Sequence record: PZ179882.1
Source: a phage
Strand: one strand, 5' to 3'
DNA length: 64,000 nt
A model generated the notes under the pieces. The model saw nothing but the letters and a program-made list of their open reading frames with translations. It had not been told where the DNA came from and made no database searches. This document shows, one piece after another, positions 8,648 to 18,480 of the stretch (position 1 is the stretch's first letter; the number at the start of each line of letters is the position of its first letter). Made by a program: the position numbers and the translations under genes.

Positions 8648-10461
8648 TGGTGTTTAACCCTATGCATGATTTCTTTATTTTTTCCAAGATTAAATCCGCG
8701 CTCGTTCGGATTTCCCAAATAGCCACATGTTCTTCTTATTGTGTTCATCTTTTTAGGATCAGTTTCTCCACAAATAGAACAAACAAATCCGTTTTCAGTA
8801 GGAGTCATTTCATGGGTACTTCCACACGTAAAACATTTATCTACTGGCATATTAACACCAAAATAATCTAAATGTTGTGCAGCATAATCCCATACAGCCT
8901 CAAGACCTTTTAGATTATTTTTCATATCAGGAAGTTCAACATAAGAAATGTGACCGCCTGTCGCGATGAAATGATATGGGGCTTCGCGAGAAATCTTTTC
9001 AAACGGAGTAATATTTTCTTCTACTGAAACATGGAAACTGTTAGTGTACCAGCCTTTATCGGTAACATCTTTTACACTTCCATATTTTTCGGTATCAAGT
9101 TTACAGAAGCGATAGCACAGGTTTTCAGCAGGAGTAGAATACAAGCTAAAAGCAAAACCAGTTCTTTCAGTCCACTGCTTAAGATGAGCATTCATTTTAG
9201 TTAAAATTTCTTGTCCAATATCACGACCGACAAGAATATTCAATTCGTGAATACCAATGTATCCTAAGGACACTGAACTTCTACCGTTTTTAAATAACTC
9301 AATTATATCGTCATCGGGTTTAAGACGAACCCCGAATGCACCTTCTTGATAAAGAATAGGAGCAACAGTAGCTTTAACTCCTTTTAAGGAACTAATTCTA
9401 CACATCAATGCTTCAAAACATAAATTCATTCGCTCATTGAACAATTCAGTAAATTTCTGTTCATTGAACTGTGTTCCAATATAAGAATCTAACGCAATAC
9501 GAGGAAGATTCAGTGTTACAACACCAAGATTATTACGTCCATCAAGAATTTCATTACCAGTCGAATCTTTCCATACGCCCAAGAAACTACGGCAACCCAT
9601 TGGAGAAACAGGAATAGATGAACCAGTGATAGCTTTATTGTTCTTAGCTGAAATAATATCAGGATACATTCTTTTGCTTGCACACTCTAGAGCAAGCTGC
9701 TTAATATCATAGTTCGGATCGTCTTTATAAAGATTAACACCCTCTTCAACGAACATAACAAGTTTAGGGAAAATAGGAGTTATCCCATCACGACCGAGAC
9801 CTTTAATACGATTTTTCAGAATTGCTTTCTGAATCATTCGTTCAGTCCAGTCAGTTCCAGTACCAAATGTAATTGTTACAAAAGGCGTTTGTCCATTTGA
9901 ACTAAAGAGAGTATTTACTTCATATTCATAAGCTTGGAACGCATCGTATACGTCTTTTTCTGTTTTAGATTGGGCATAATTCAATGCATCAGCGATTTGC
10001 CATTTTTCTGCGTCCTCAATATGTTTTGCATAGGTGCGTTTAACATAAGGAGAAAGTACTTTGTCTACATTCGCAAAAGTCGTTCCGCCGTATTGATGGG
10101 AAGCAACTTGCGCAGTAATTTGCGCCATAATTGCAGTAGCAACGCCAATTGATTTAGGAGTTTCAATCTGTGCATTACCAAGCTTAAATCCGTTTTCAAG
10201 CATTCCTTTTAAATCTACTAAACAGCAATTAGTAAATGGAAGAGCAGGGGAATAATCAATATCGTGGAAATGGATAATTCCGCTTTCATGCGCTTTCATA
10301 ATAAAAGACGGGACCATATTTTTGGCAATGTGTTTAGACACAATACCAGCCATAAGGTCCCGTTGAGTTGGAAAAACACGAGAATCTTTATTAGCATTCT
10401 CGTTTAAAAGGTCTTTATTAGTTTTATGAATCAATCCTTCAATTTCTTTTTCAATTGTCAT
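8644..10461 (-). CDS. nrdD: Anaerobic ribonucleoside-triphosphate reductase (class III), uninterrupted
   Basis: 605 aa continuous ORF; C-terminal glycyl-radical and Zn-ribbon region (CFTCGSTHEM...CSICG...RTCGYLG) recognised as T4 NrdD. Confidence 0.95.
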   Translation of the reverse strand: MTIEKEIEGLIHKTNKDLLNENANKDSRVFPTQRDLMAGIVSKHIAKNMVPSFIMKAHESGIIHFHDIDYSPALPFTNCCLVDLKGMLENGFKLGNAQIETPKSIGVATAIMAQITAQVASHQYGGTTFANVDKVLSPYVKRTYAKHIEDAEKWQIADALNYAQSKTEKDVYDAFQAYEYEVNTLFSSNGQTPFVTITFGTGTDWTERMIQKAILKNRIKGLGRDGITPIFPKLVMFVEEGVNLYKDDPNYDIKQLALECASKRMYPDIISAKNNKAITGSSIPVSPMGCRSFLGVWKDSTGNEILDGRNNLGVVTLNLPRIALDSYIGTQFNEQKFTELFNERMNLCFEALMCRISSLKGVKATVAPILYQEGAFGVRLKPDDDIIELFKNGRSSVSLGYIGIHELNILVGRDIGQEILTKMNAHLKQWTERTGFAFSLYSTPAENLCYRFCKLDTEKYGSVKDVTDKGWYTNSFHVSVEENITPFEKISREAPYHFIATGGHISYVELPDMKNNLKGLEAVWDYAAQHLDYFGVNMPVDKCFTCGSTHEMTPTENGFVCSICGETDPKKMNTIRRTCGYLGNPNERGFNLGKNKEIMHRVKHQ

Positions 10462-10931
10462 TTTAAACTCTTTCTAAGCTGCTTCTTAAATGAAGCTATT
10501 AACTGTGTTTTAGTATCAGATTCATTATATTCAAATCCTCTTTGAAGCATCTCGGCCATCATTTCCTCTTTTCCTAAACGAGAAAATTCCTTTGATTTAT
10601 CTCCAACAAAGTTAGGGTGAATATTATTTTGGGTGTAATCGGATTTTAAATAAGTAAGTAAATTTTCTAACCATTCAAGATAATCAACACCTTGTCCCTT
10701 TAAGCCAGAACGATTAAATTTATGCTTCATTTGACCTTCTGCGGCATTGCAGAGATTACAAAGCAATCCACGTATCTTTCCTGCTTTTGGTCCATTTAAT
10801 TCATGGTCATGATCAAGATGATTAGCTTGAACATCAGGATTTAGTTCTCGTTGGCAAATTAAGCATTTACCGTTTTGTGCATTATAAAATTTTTGTTTTT
10901 CTTCTTTGTATAATTTGCCAGTCAATAACAT
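10458..10931 (-). CDS. 49: Endonuclease VII (Holliday-junction resolvase)
   Basis: 157 aa; MLLTGKLYKEEKQKFY...CLICQ...HLDHDHELNGPKAGK matches T4 gp49. Confidence 0.92.
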   Translation of the reverse strand: MLLTGKLYKEEKQKFYNAQNGKCLICQRELNPDVQANHLDHDHELNGPKAGKIRGLLCNLCNAAEGQMKHKFNRSGLKGQGVDYLEWLENLLTYLKSDYTQNNIHPNFVGDKSKEFSRLGKEEMMAEMLQRGFEYNESDTKTQLIASFKKQLRKSLK

Positions 10932-10973
10932 AATAAAACCCTTACCTTAAATAGATAAGGGTATTTATTATTT

Positions 10974-11150
10974 TTAAGTATTGTAAAACATTCGATGCAA
11001 TCGTTTATACTGTCGAATCATCTTTTTAGTAGGACGAGAATAGGTTCCTACGCAAGTGGTCATATGAGGGTCCGTAGAATGTCCTTTAATAAAAAGTTTC
11101 CAAACCTTACCGCCATTTAACTTTTCAGTATAAACCAATTCGGTTTTCAT
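10974..11150 (-). CDS. Small protein (58 aa) sharing its C-terminal 14 residues with the downstream pin-like protein
   Basis: Found by eye (below 60-aa track cutoff): ATG at 11150, TAA at 10974; translation MKTELVYTEKLNGG...RQYKRLHRMFYNT. Confidence 0.4.
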   Translation of the reverse strand: MKTELVYTEKLNGGKVWKLFIKGHSTDPHMTTCVGTYSRPTKKMIRQYKRLHRMFYNT

Positions 11151-11233
11151 TAAAATGTCCTGTCAGAAAAAGAATTTTGAGTTTTTTTCAAGTATTATAA
11201 AACATTTGATGCAATCGCTTATATTGCCGAATC
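10976..11233. repeat. Diverged direct repeat (~44 bp) at the 3-prime ends of two adjacent genes
   Basis: 10976..11019 and 11190..11233 align with about 5 mismatches; both encode ...RQYKRLH(R/Q)MFYNT plus stop. Confidence 0.6.
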
Positions 11234-11673
11234 TTTTGGTCAGAAAAAGAAATTTGAGTTTCAAGCCATTCAATGTACTCTGCGGCAGCTTGCATCAGGT
11301 TACCTTCATAGCCATCGTTATTTTCTTGCGCAGCTAATTTAGCTAATGCGTATGAAATACGTTCACCTTGAAAAGAGGCTTCAGGCTTCTGAACATCTTG
11401 GCTAGTTCTCTCTACAACTTCTTCAATTTCGCCATTTTCGACTGATTCAGTATTCCACAAGCACCAATACGTAATTGGCTTATCGTAGATGTTAATAATC
11501 TTTCCGTCGGAAAGTTCAATTTCAATAATTCCAGTATCAGGTTCTATATCATCTTCACATTCTTTTGCAAGTTCACGAACTTTAAAGACAGTACCTGCAC
11601 TAAGTTCCGGCCAGTAATTACACAGCCCTATATCAACACGATTAATTCTAAACCACTTATCTACTGTAATCAT
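11188..11673 (-). CDS. pin: Probable protease inhibitor Pin
   Basis: ORF track 11188..11691 begins at TTG; ATG at 11673 gives 161 aa, the length of T4 Pin; position between 49 and nrdC; sequence itself not recalled. Confidence 0.5.
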   Translation of the reverse strand: MITVDKWFRINRVDIGLCNYWPELSAGTVFKVRELAKECEDDIEPDTGIIEIELSDGKIINIYDKPITYWCLWNTESVENGEIEEVVERTSQDVQKPEASFQGERISYALAKLAAQENNDGYEGNLMQAAAEYIEWLETQISFSDQKIRQYKRLHQMFYNT

Positions 11674-11795
11674 GTCCCATCTCCATATCAATTAAGTCAT
11701 TTATCGTTGGTTCATTATATACTGTTTCTTCATCAGTGTAAACCGGTTCTTCCGGCTCTGGCTCTACAGTTTCCCATCTAGCCGCCCACCAAGGT

Positions 11796-11966
11796 TTAAC
11801 CCCGAAGCTTATTAAGTTCTTCATAATCAATCCAGGATTCTAATCCTGATGGCAAATCAGATTCAATTTCCCAAAGAAGCTCTTCAATTTTCTGAAGACG
11901 ATCTAGTTCTTCGGCTGGAATAGTAACCATTGACGGAGCTCGTGATACATTAATATCGTAAATCAT
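11796..11966 (-). CDS. Small acidic protein (56 aa)
   Basis: Found by eye: ATG at 11966 five nt after upstream stop, TAA at 11796. Confidence 0.4.
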   Translation of the reverse strand: MIYDINVSRAPSMVTIPAEELDRLQKIEELLWEIESDLPSGLESWIDYEELNKLRG

Positions 11967-11968
11967 AT

Positions 11969-12184
11969 TTACCCCAATTTAACCATACAATCGCCGTATT
12001 TCCACTTAGAAATAGACTTTTCACCATTAGAATAATAAACTTCGAGTTTAGCACGATTATTTTTAATTTGAATAACCTTGGCTGTCATCAAAGTTCCATA
12101 CCCATAATAAACTGCAACTTCATCACCTACATATACCGCGCTTCCGCGGTAATCATGAATATAGTCAGTTCCTTCGAGCATCAT
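11969..12184 (-). CDS. Hypothetical protein
   Basis: ORF track 71 aa; ATG overlaps nrdC stop. Confidence 0.5.
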   Translation of the reverse strand: MMLEGTDYIHDYRGSAVYVGDEVAVYYGYGTLMTAKVIQIKNNRAKLEVYYSNGEKSISKWKYGDCMVKLG

Positions 12185-12444
12185 TTAAAATATTCTCGCA
12201 GTTGGTCAAATCCACCAATATGACTTCCATCAGGAGCAAATACCTGGGGCATTGTCAAGCCGATTTGAGTATCACGACCTAGTTTAGTCAGAAGCTCAGC
12301 AATTTTCTCATCATCAAAAACACCTTTTTCCGGCATAATGTTGATAAATTCAAACGGCTGTTTCTTCACGGTCAAAAGACGTTTTGCATTATCGCAATAC
12401 ACACATTTATGAATGTTGCTATCATAACCATATACTTTAAACAT
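12181..12444 (-). CDS. nrdC: Thioredoxin/glutaredoxin NrdC
   Basis: 87 aa; MFKVYGYDSNIHKCVYCDNAKRLL... matches T4 NrdC. Confidence 0.9.
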   Translation of the reverse strand: MFKVYGYDSNIHKCVYCDNAKRLLTVKKQPFEFINIMPEKGVFDDEKIAELLTKLGRDTQIGLTMPQVFAPDGSHIGGFDQLREYFK

Positions 12445-12445
12445 A

Positions 12446-12688
12446 TTATTCCTTAATTCCTAGTACTTGTTTAAAAGTCTCGTCGTAATCAAGACTTTGG
12501 CCCGTTTGTTCTTTATGTTTGTATATAATATCACTTACTTCTGATAGCATATTTTTATATGAACGAGTTAAAGCAGATTTAAGCACGCTGTATCTATCAG
12601 GAAATTTACCATGTTCATTATAATAAGCTATTGCTAATTCACGGACTGCCTTTTCAGCAGCCTCCATATATTCTTTACGCTTGGTCAT
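12446..12688 (-). CDS. Hypothetical protein
   Basis: ORF track 80 aa. Confidence 0.5.
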   Translation of the reverse strand: MTKRKEYMEAAEKAVRELAIAYYNEHGKFPDRYSVLKSALTRSYKNMLSEVSDIIYKHKEQTGQSLDYDETFKQVLGIKE

Positions 12689-12690
12689 TT

Positions 12691-13080
12691 TTAATCCAAA
12701 ATATTATTAGGCATTGGTTGAACACTCACAAGTTCTTTAAAGAACTCAGTAGAGTCAGGCAATTTAACCATTTCCGGAGCATGCTTACTGAATTTATGTT
12801 TACATTGACGGCATTTATATTCAAGCTCTGGTTTACGCCAGTTAATCAATTGAACTTGTTCAGTACCGCATTCAGGGCAATTAGGAACGTTTTTAGAAGC
12901 TCTTTCACGTCGTTCAACCATAGCCATAATAGCATCCCATGCTGGAGGTTTAAAATCTAAATCGTCGCAGCCGTGAATCTTTCCACGCATTTCTAGATCG
13001 TCTTCTTCACCAGCCATAATAATTTTAATTAAACTGGAATTACTTGAAGCTGCAATGTCTTCTAATAAACGCTTTTTCAT
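12691..13080 (-). CDS. Zinc-ribbon protein
   Basis: 129 aa; CPECG...CRQCKH four-cysteine pattern. Confidence 0.5.
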   Translation of the reverse strand: MKKRLLEDIAASSNSSLIKIIMAGEEDDLEMRGKIHGCDDLDFKPPAWDAIMAMVERRERASKNVPNCPECGTEQVQLINWRKPELEYKCRQCKHKFSKHAPEMVKLPDSTEFFKELVSVQPMPNNILD

Positions 13081-14006
13081 TTCAATACCTCAATAGCATT
13101 ACGTAAACCATTTGCTTTGGCGGTTAAAGCCTTAAGAACTTTAGTATGATCTTCAATCTGTTTTTCAACTTCAATTAAGCGTGTATTAAGATATTCGCGT
13201 TCTTCGCTCAGATTATCAGCCTTTTCTGCTTTAGGTTCTTTTACAACTGGCTTATACGTATTAGGGTTCTTCAATTTAATTAGAATGCGTGAACTGTATA
13301 ACATTGAACCATTATCTTCGGTTTCATCATACATTTCCACTACGTCCATCATCTCCACCATCGTGCAGAGTTTATAAGACAACGAACGAATAGTTTTGTT
13401 GTGCTTATTAATTTCTCTAGCTGTCATGGTGCCGAGATTACGTGAGTAATAATAAGGAACCTGGATATTAATTAATACTGATGAACCACCTGGCTTGTGT
13501 GTTACTTCATCAGCAATAACCCAGTCCTTAACATGAACTGTATTTGTACGGTCATCGCCCGCGGTAAATAGTTTACGAGCATGCTTAAAAAGCATATTCA
13601 CTTGGTCATTGAATTGACAGGCGAATTTATCAGCAAATTTAGTTTCAGGAATGGTAGATAACCAATCAGCCAAATGGGTCTTTTTAACATCGTTAACAAT
13701 AGTAAATTCAACCAAATCGGTTATAGATGTCGCAGATTTAATGAAGCTCGGCTTCATAAAGTTTTTAATGTTATCACTAGCTACAGTAGAAGATAACAGA
13801 CGAGAACGTTTAAACCATTGAAGCAAATTGCCTAACGAATGAGAATAAGCGTTTTGAGTATCTTTACAGATATGATTTTCCTGGCCAACATATTGAAGGA
13901 AATCACGAAGAATATTATTGATTACTGCTCTGTGCCCGATCTGATAATTACGATGTTTAGTAATAAGACTGTCAAAATAATCAATATAATGTTTACGAGT
14001 TTTCAT
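13077..14006 (-). CDS. Paralog-array protein P1 (N-terminal globular region plus C-terminal coiled coil)
   Basis: 309 aa; shares motif FNDQVNMLFKHARKL and a C-terminal heptad-rich tail with the three upstream ORFs. Confidence 0.65.
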   Translation of the reverse strand: MKTRKHYIDYFDSLITKHRNYQIGHRAVINNILRDFLQYVGQENHICKDTQNAYSHSLGNLLQWFKRSRLLSSTVASDNIKNFMKPSFIKSATSITDLVEFTIVNDVKKTHLADWLSTIPETKFADKFACQFNDQVNMLFKHARKLFTAGDDRTNTVHVKDWVIADEVTHKPGGSSVLINIQVPYYYSRNLGTMTAREINKHNKTIRSLSYKLCTMVEMMDVVEMYDETEDNGSMLYSSRILIKLKNPNTYKPVVKEPKAEKADNLSEEREYLNTRLIEVEKQIEDHTKVLKALTAKANGLRNAIEVLK

Positions 14007-14058
14007 GTTCTTCTCACTTGGTTAATGATTTATACTCCGAGCCATCCTTGGCTTTAAA

Positions 14059-15060
14059 TTACTTAATTAACTGTAAAGCTTGTTCAAGACGATCCAGGCG
14101 ATTAACAGATTCTTCCCAAATCCTTTTAGCCTGCTCATATTCTTTCTGCGCTTTATTAGAAATTTCTAGAGCTTCTTTATAAGCTTTTTCTAGTGCAATA
14201 ACTTCTGGACGAATTTCTACCGGTTCAGGCGAATCATCAAGACATTCCATTAGTTCCTCAAGGGTAGTTTCTTCTTTAGGAGTATTCACAATTTCATCAC
14301 ATTTTTGTTGGTAAATTTCTTTATCAGTCGGTAAATAAGCACATTTCACTTCACGAAGACTAACTACAATTTTATATCCTTCCCAACCGCATATACTCTT
14401 AAAAGGATACGTATGAATATTTTCTACTGTTTCCATACAAAGTAATGCAGTCTCTAATTGACGAGTTATATCACTAGCAATTGAGAAAAATTTATTAATG
14501 TTCTTTTGATTAGCTTCTGGCGTAAAAAATCCATAATTCACAAAAATAGCTGCTTTATTTTTATCAAGTTCATATTCTTTTATGATAATCATATCAGAAG
14601 CCCAAGGATGAATTTGACGATAATCACCATAGCATAATTTAGAAGCTGATTTTAGAATTTGCTTTTTGAAAAGTCTGAAATTACTAATCCAACGACGAGT
14701 AAAAATATTCTCAGGGTCTTCTTTAATATTAAGATGATAAGAATTAACATCACCGAACCAATTATATCCTACTACATCTTTAGTTCGTTTAATTTCTTTC
14801 CCAAATTTACCAAGAATATCCTGATTAACTAAATATGAAAGAAGACGAGAACCTTTAAAGGTTTCCTTAATATCACTTTTATCTTCGCGACTAGAAATTT
14901 TATGAACTTCATGAATAAATTTGCTGGAAGAAACAATGCTTACATCAATATTATTGAGCCATTGATTGATAATGGAAATAACGTTATTCTGACTAGACAT
15001 AGGTTTAACTTTATCATCAATAACACTATTGAATGATTTGATATATTCGTTACGAGTCAT
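14059..15060 (-). CDS. Paralog-array protein P2
   Basis: ORF track 14059..15090; ATG at 15060 preceded by GAGGAG RBS and downstream of promoter 15089..15118; 333 aa; motif FRLFKKQILKSASKL. Confidence 0.65.
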   Translation of the reverse strand: MTRNEYIKSFNSVIDDKVKPMSSQNNVISIINQWLNNIDVSIVSSSKFIHEVHKISSREDKSDIKETFKGSRLLSYLVNQDILGKFGKEIKRTKDVVGYNWFGDVNSYHLNIKEDPENIFTRRWISNFRLFKKQILKSASKLCYGDYRQIHPWASDMIIIKEYELDKNKAAIFVNYGFFTPEANQKNINKFFSIASDITRQLETALLCMETVENIHTYPFKSICGWEGYKIVVSLREVKCAYLPTDKEIYQQKCDEIVNTPKEETTLEELMECLDDSPEPVEIRPEVIALEKAYKEALEISNKAQKEYEQAKRIWEESVNRLDRLEQALQLIK

Positions 15061-15088
15061 ATTAATCTCCTCAGTAGAAAGTAAGAAC

Positions 15089-15118
15089 ATTATACCACAT
15101 CCTTGTGGTAAAGTAAAC
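15089..15118 (-). promoter_or_regulatory. T4 early-type promoter (GTTTAC, 18 bp, TATAAT) between P3 and P2
   Basis: GTTTAC 15118..15113 and TATAAT 15094..15089 on minus strand. Confidence 0.6.
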
Positions 15119-16140
15119 TAGTTCAGTGCATTTAGTGCATTGTTCAGTTTAGAACGTTGCTTCGTGAGATTTTTGACTTTTTCTTGAGCTTTTTCTAGCG
15201 TCTTTTCAGCTTCTAGCACTTCATTAGTTGCTTTAACGAGTTCATCATCTACTGCCTTGATAGACTTCTCAATCGCATCTGCATGCCATTTTTCAACAGG
15301 TTTAAGACTCGGATTTTCAATAGGAAGAAAATTCACTTTATTGAATTTCCATGCATCTTTATTACCTGAACTATACATCCAAAATTTAGGATCGTTTGAT
15401 GAGTAATTGGATAAATTTAAGTTATCTTGCACTTCCTGCTTTTTCTCTTGTGTGACTTCGTCCTTTCTCAAAAAATCGTATTTAAATGAAACGATCATAT
15501 CAAGTTCATATGTTGTTGTATGTTCCCAATTTCGCTCAAAATGAGGTAAAATCTTAGACTGAACAGCGGCAACAACATCCATATACTTAAATGCTTCTGT
15601 CAACTGTGATTTAAGGCATTCACAAATTGAAAGAGAATTTTTTGTATTAGGTTTAAAGCTAATTCGTGCAGTTCTATTATTTTCTTTTAATGGTCTTACT
15701 TCCATCTGAAGAGTATAACCATCAAATTTCAGGTTCTTTAAGTTAATGTCAGAACCTTTTAATCGACTAGCCGTCGACAAAATTTGCTTTAATTGTCTAC
15801 GGAACAGAGCAATAAATCTCCATTCAATACGATAATGATTTGGATTGAAAAATCCAGATGATAAATCGACCTTACTTTGACCAACGCCTTGAACAAATAG
15901 AGGATTTTTATAATCAATAGTTTTACAGAAATCGGTGAGCAGCTCACGAGCCGTCATTTGTGTAATATACCCTGCTTTACTAAAATTACGCACCCATTCA
16001 CTGCTATTCGTATACTTAAAGTGATGAATAACACGATTAACTTTATCAGGGTCTAAATTATTTTCACACAAAAATGTCATAACATCACGAGTATAACTGG
16101 CATTACGAACTATATCTTCAATTTGAGAACGAGTTTTCAT
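15118..16140 (-). CDS. Paralog-array protein P3
   Basis: 340 aa; motif FRRQLKQILSTASRL; C-terminal coiled coil. Confidence 0.65.
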   Translation of the reverse strand: MKTRSQIEDIVRNASYTRDVMTFLCENNLDPDKVNRVIHHFKYTNSSEWVRNFSKAGYITQMTARELLTDFCKTIDYKNPLFVQGVGQSKVDLSSGFFNPNHYRIEWRFIALFRRQLKQILSTASRLKGSDINLKNLKFDGYTLQMEVRPLKENNRTARISFKPNTKNSLSICECLKSQLTEAFKYMDVVAAVQSKILPHFERNWEHTTTYELDMIVSFKYDFLRKDEVTQEKKQEVQDNLNLSNYSSNDPKFWMYSSGNKDAWKFNKVNFLPIENPSLKPVEKWHADAIEKSIKAVDDELVKATNEVLEAEKTLEKAQEKVKNLTKQRSKLNNALNALN

Positions 16141-16148
16141 GGTATTCC

Positions 16149-17051
16149 TTAAGATTTAAGTAAATCAACAATTTTAATTAACTTTTCACGCTCAGATTTA
16201 GCTTTACTACTCAATCCAGATAGTCTGAAAATTTCATCATCATATTGCTGAATAGAAATATTTAGCTCTTCAATCTGCTTATTAAAATAAGCAATTTGTT
16301 CAGAATGTTTTTCATTACTGCGAACTGGTACAGGTTTTGTAGGTAATTTAGTTGAACTGGATTCATCTGGGCGATAAATTAAAATGCAATTTGAACCAAT
16401 CGGACATTTAGCACCAGACACATATTCTAATGTTCCGGCTTCTTTTAAAACTTCAAAAGCTAAACAGAGATGATGCCCCATATTAACATAATCTGTAGAG
16501 CGAGCTCTGATGTAATAATCATCTCCACGAGTACTAAATTTAAAGCATTTAAGGTCTTCTGTATTATTGGTCTTAAAAATCATTTGTTTATCTAGACCTT
16601 TAGCTAATCGAGCGCCTAATGCTAATAATCGTCGTTGATTTTCCCACAAATCCGCAATCATTTGGTCAAATGATAATTTCGGCATTAGTCGACCATAAAG
16701 GTCATATCCTTTATTATAATTGCGAAGGATTTCACTCGCATTAATACGAGACAACGCTCCAATTTTATTAAGGGCTTTCATGATGCGATTAGATAAACCC
16801 ATTCCAGATCCGTTTGTTCGTTGCAAATGTTTATCTAATCCAAACCCAATATCAACTTTAAATTTATCTAAAATTTCAGCATGAACATCTCTGTCAATAA
16901 CATTCAAATCCAAAGTTGGGTTAAATCTATGAAAAAATTTATCTGGCTCTCCACGACGAAGTACAGTCCATTCATTTAATTTTTTATTAACTAAAGATTT
17001 AATTACTGCATTGACATTATTAATTACTACTGACATATTTTCCTCACTCAA
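16149..17051 (-). CDS. Paralog-array protein P4
   Basis: 300 aa; motif WENQRRLLALGARLAKG; C-terminal coiled coil. Confidence 0.6.
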   Translation of the reverse strand: MSEENMSVVINNVNAVIKSLVNKKLNEWTVLRRGEPDKFFHRFNPTLDLNVIDRDVHAEILDKFKVDIGFGLDKHLQRTNGSGMGLSNRIMKALNKIGALSRINASEILRNYNKGYDLYGRLMPKLSFDQMIADLWENQRRLLALGARLAKGLDKQMIFKTNNTEDLKCFKFSTRGDDYYIRARSTDYVNMGHHLCLAFEVLKEAGTLEYVSGAKCPIGSNCILIYRPDESSSTKLPTKPVPVRSNEKHSEQIAYFNKQIEELNISIQQYDDEIFRLSGLSSKAKSEREKLIKIVDLLKS

Positions 17052-17452
17052 TTTTCAATTTTACTAAATATACAGAATAAGATGGAACAGACTATATAAG
17101 CACCACACACAGATTGAACTAATACCATTCCAAAGAACCAAACAATATTATCAAACAATGTCTGTTTTACGTCGAAAGGACGTAAACTTACAGTAATATT
17201 ATCACCTTTTTCTATTGAAGAATACATCTCTGGGGAAATATATTCACTAAATCTATAACCGTCTTTGAGTTCATATACGGCAATAAACGATAAACTAGAC
17301 CCTTTTCCTTGTGTTCCTGTAATGGTATTAACTACAGTAACATCATAATCTTTATAATGCATATAATCATTAATTGCGTAATAACCATATGCAACTACTA
17401 TACATAAACAACATATCAATAAATTCAATCTTTTAATTATCAACCGTTTCAT
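17048..17452 (-). CDS. Membrane protein, two TM segments
   Basis: 134 aa; hydrophobic N- and C-terminal segments; ATGA overlap with P4. Confidence 0.55.
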   Translation of the reverse strand: MKRLIIKRLNLLICCLCIVVAYGYYAINDYMHYKDYDVTVVNTITGTQGKGSSLSFIAVYELKDGYRFSEYISPEMYSSIEKGDNITVSLRPFDVKQTLFDNIVWFFGMVLVQSVCGAYIVCSILFCIFSKIEN

Positions 17453-17507
17453 AATAATCTCAATTAAAAGGGCTTAGAACCATTATACCATCCTTGGTAT
17501 AAAGCGG

Positions 17508-18035
17508 TTATGCGAGTACCGTCTTTAACCGTTCTTCAAACTTCCGAAGAGTATTTTGGCGTTCAGCTCTTTGCTTTTTGTAAGTTTCAATACGCTCTGA
17601 AATGAGAGAGTATCGTTCATTTACTGATTCTTTCATAAAATCAGGAATTTCACGAGAAGCTTTAATCTCGTCAAATTTATCAATAACAGCTTGCTCTTCA
17701 GCAATTAAGTTATCATACATTAAAATATCTTTCTTGATGAACTCAATATCTTCTTGAGTTACACGAGACATTTTAGATGCTTTATCCTTTTTGTACTGTT
17801 CGTTAGTATCACGAGACCAGTGTAATGTACGATTTTTATTCGTATTCTTGTAAATTTCTACAATACCGATCTCATCAATAATAACGATCCAATTCCAACG
17901 GGATTTGTAAATTTGTCCTCCATCAACAGTGATTTCACCTCCGATTGAGATGTCGTTAAAGAACTTGCTTTGCGCTTCAGATTTAAATTTGCCATCGTTG
18001 TAATTTACTAAGTTGAAAATATCTTTAGCGTTCAT
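17508..18035 (-). CDS. Hypothetical protein with C-terminal coiled coil
   Basis: ORF track 175 aa; preceded by early promoter 18064..18093. Confidence 0.55.
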   Translation of the reverse strand: MNAKDIFNLVNYNDGKFKSEAQSKFFNDISIGGEITVDGGQIYKSRWNWIVIIDEIGIVEIYKNTNKNRTLHWSRDTNEQYKKDKASKMSRVTQEDIEFIKKDILMYDNLIAEEQAVIDKFDEIKASREIPDFMKESVNERYSLISERIETYKKQRAERQNTLRKFEERLKTVLA

Positions 18036-18063
18036 TTTCTGTTCCTCCGTAGTTGATAGGGTA

Positions 18064-18093
18064 ATAATACCACAGAGGAACAGTCTTGTAAAC
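18064..18093 (-). promoter_or_regulatory. T4 early-type promoter
   Basis: GTTTAC 18093..18088, TATTAT 18069..18064. Confidence 0.55.
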
Positions 18094-18095
18094 CA

Positions 18096-18398
18096 CTAAA
18101 AGAAACTTCTTTCACAATTTTTTCCACTGAACCATGCACTTACCGCTTTCTTGGTCTCAGGAGCAGTGTTATCCATAAACCATTCAAAGGCAGCCTTTTT
18201 ATGATTCTGGAGGGCTTCTCGGGCTTTAATCTGCTCACGGTCTATTAACACTAACATATGAGCCTTTCTTGTCACCATGGACTTCTTATGATTTTTTGAA
18301 TACTCCCAGTCATTTGTCCATCGCATTGTCGTTGCGAATTGAAATACTGCTTCTTTAATTTTAGTTTCGTAAATTTCACGAGCCTTTGAGTATAACAT
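18096..18398 (-). CDS. Hypothetical protein
   Basis: ORF track 18096..18410; second ATG at 18398 has GGAGGT RBS; 100 aa. Confidence 0.5.
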   Translation of the reverse strand: MLYSKAREIYETKIKEAVFQFATTMRWTNDWEYSKNHKKSMVTRKAHMLVLIDREQIKAREALQNHKKAAFEWFMDNTAPETKKAVSAWFSGKNCERSFF

Positions 18399-18480
18399 CA
18401 CTACCTCCATTCACCAGTTTAATTCTAGTCATCTTTTTAATGGCAGTCCATATAATCTATTTCTGAACTGTCTTTTTGTC

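Noticed and set aside
9934-10152. 72-aa plus-strand ORF
   Set aside because: Lies entirely inside nrdD on the opposite strand; low-complexity, no RBS.
17461-17511. Possible early promoter upstream of the membrane-protein gene at 17452
   Set aside because: A perfect TATAAT is present but no GTTTAC-like -35 at the right spacing.
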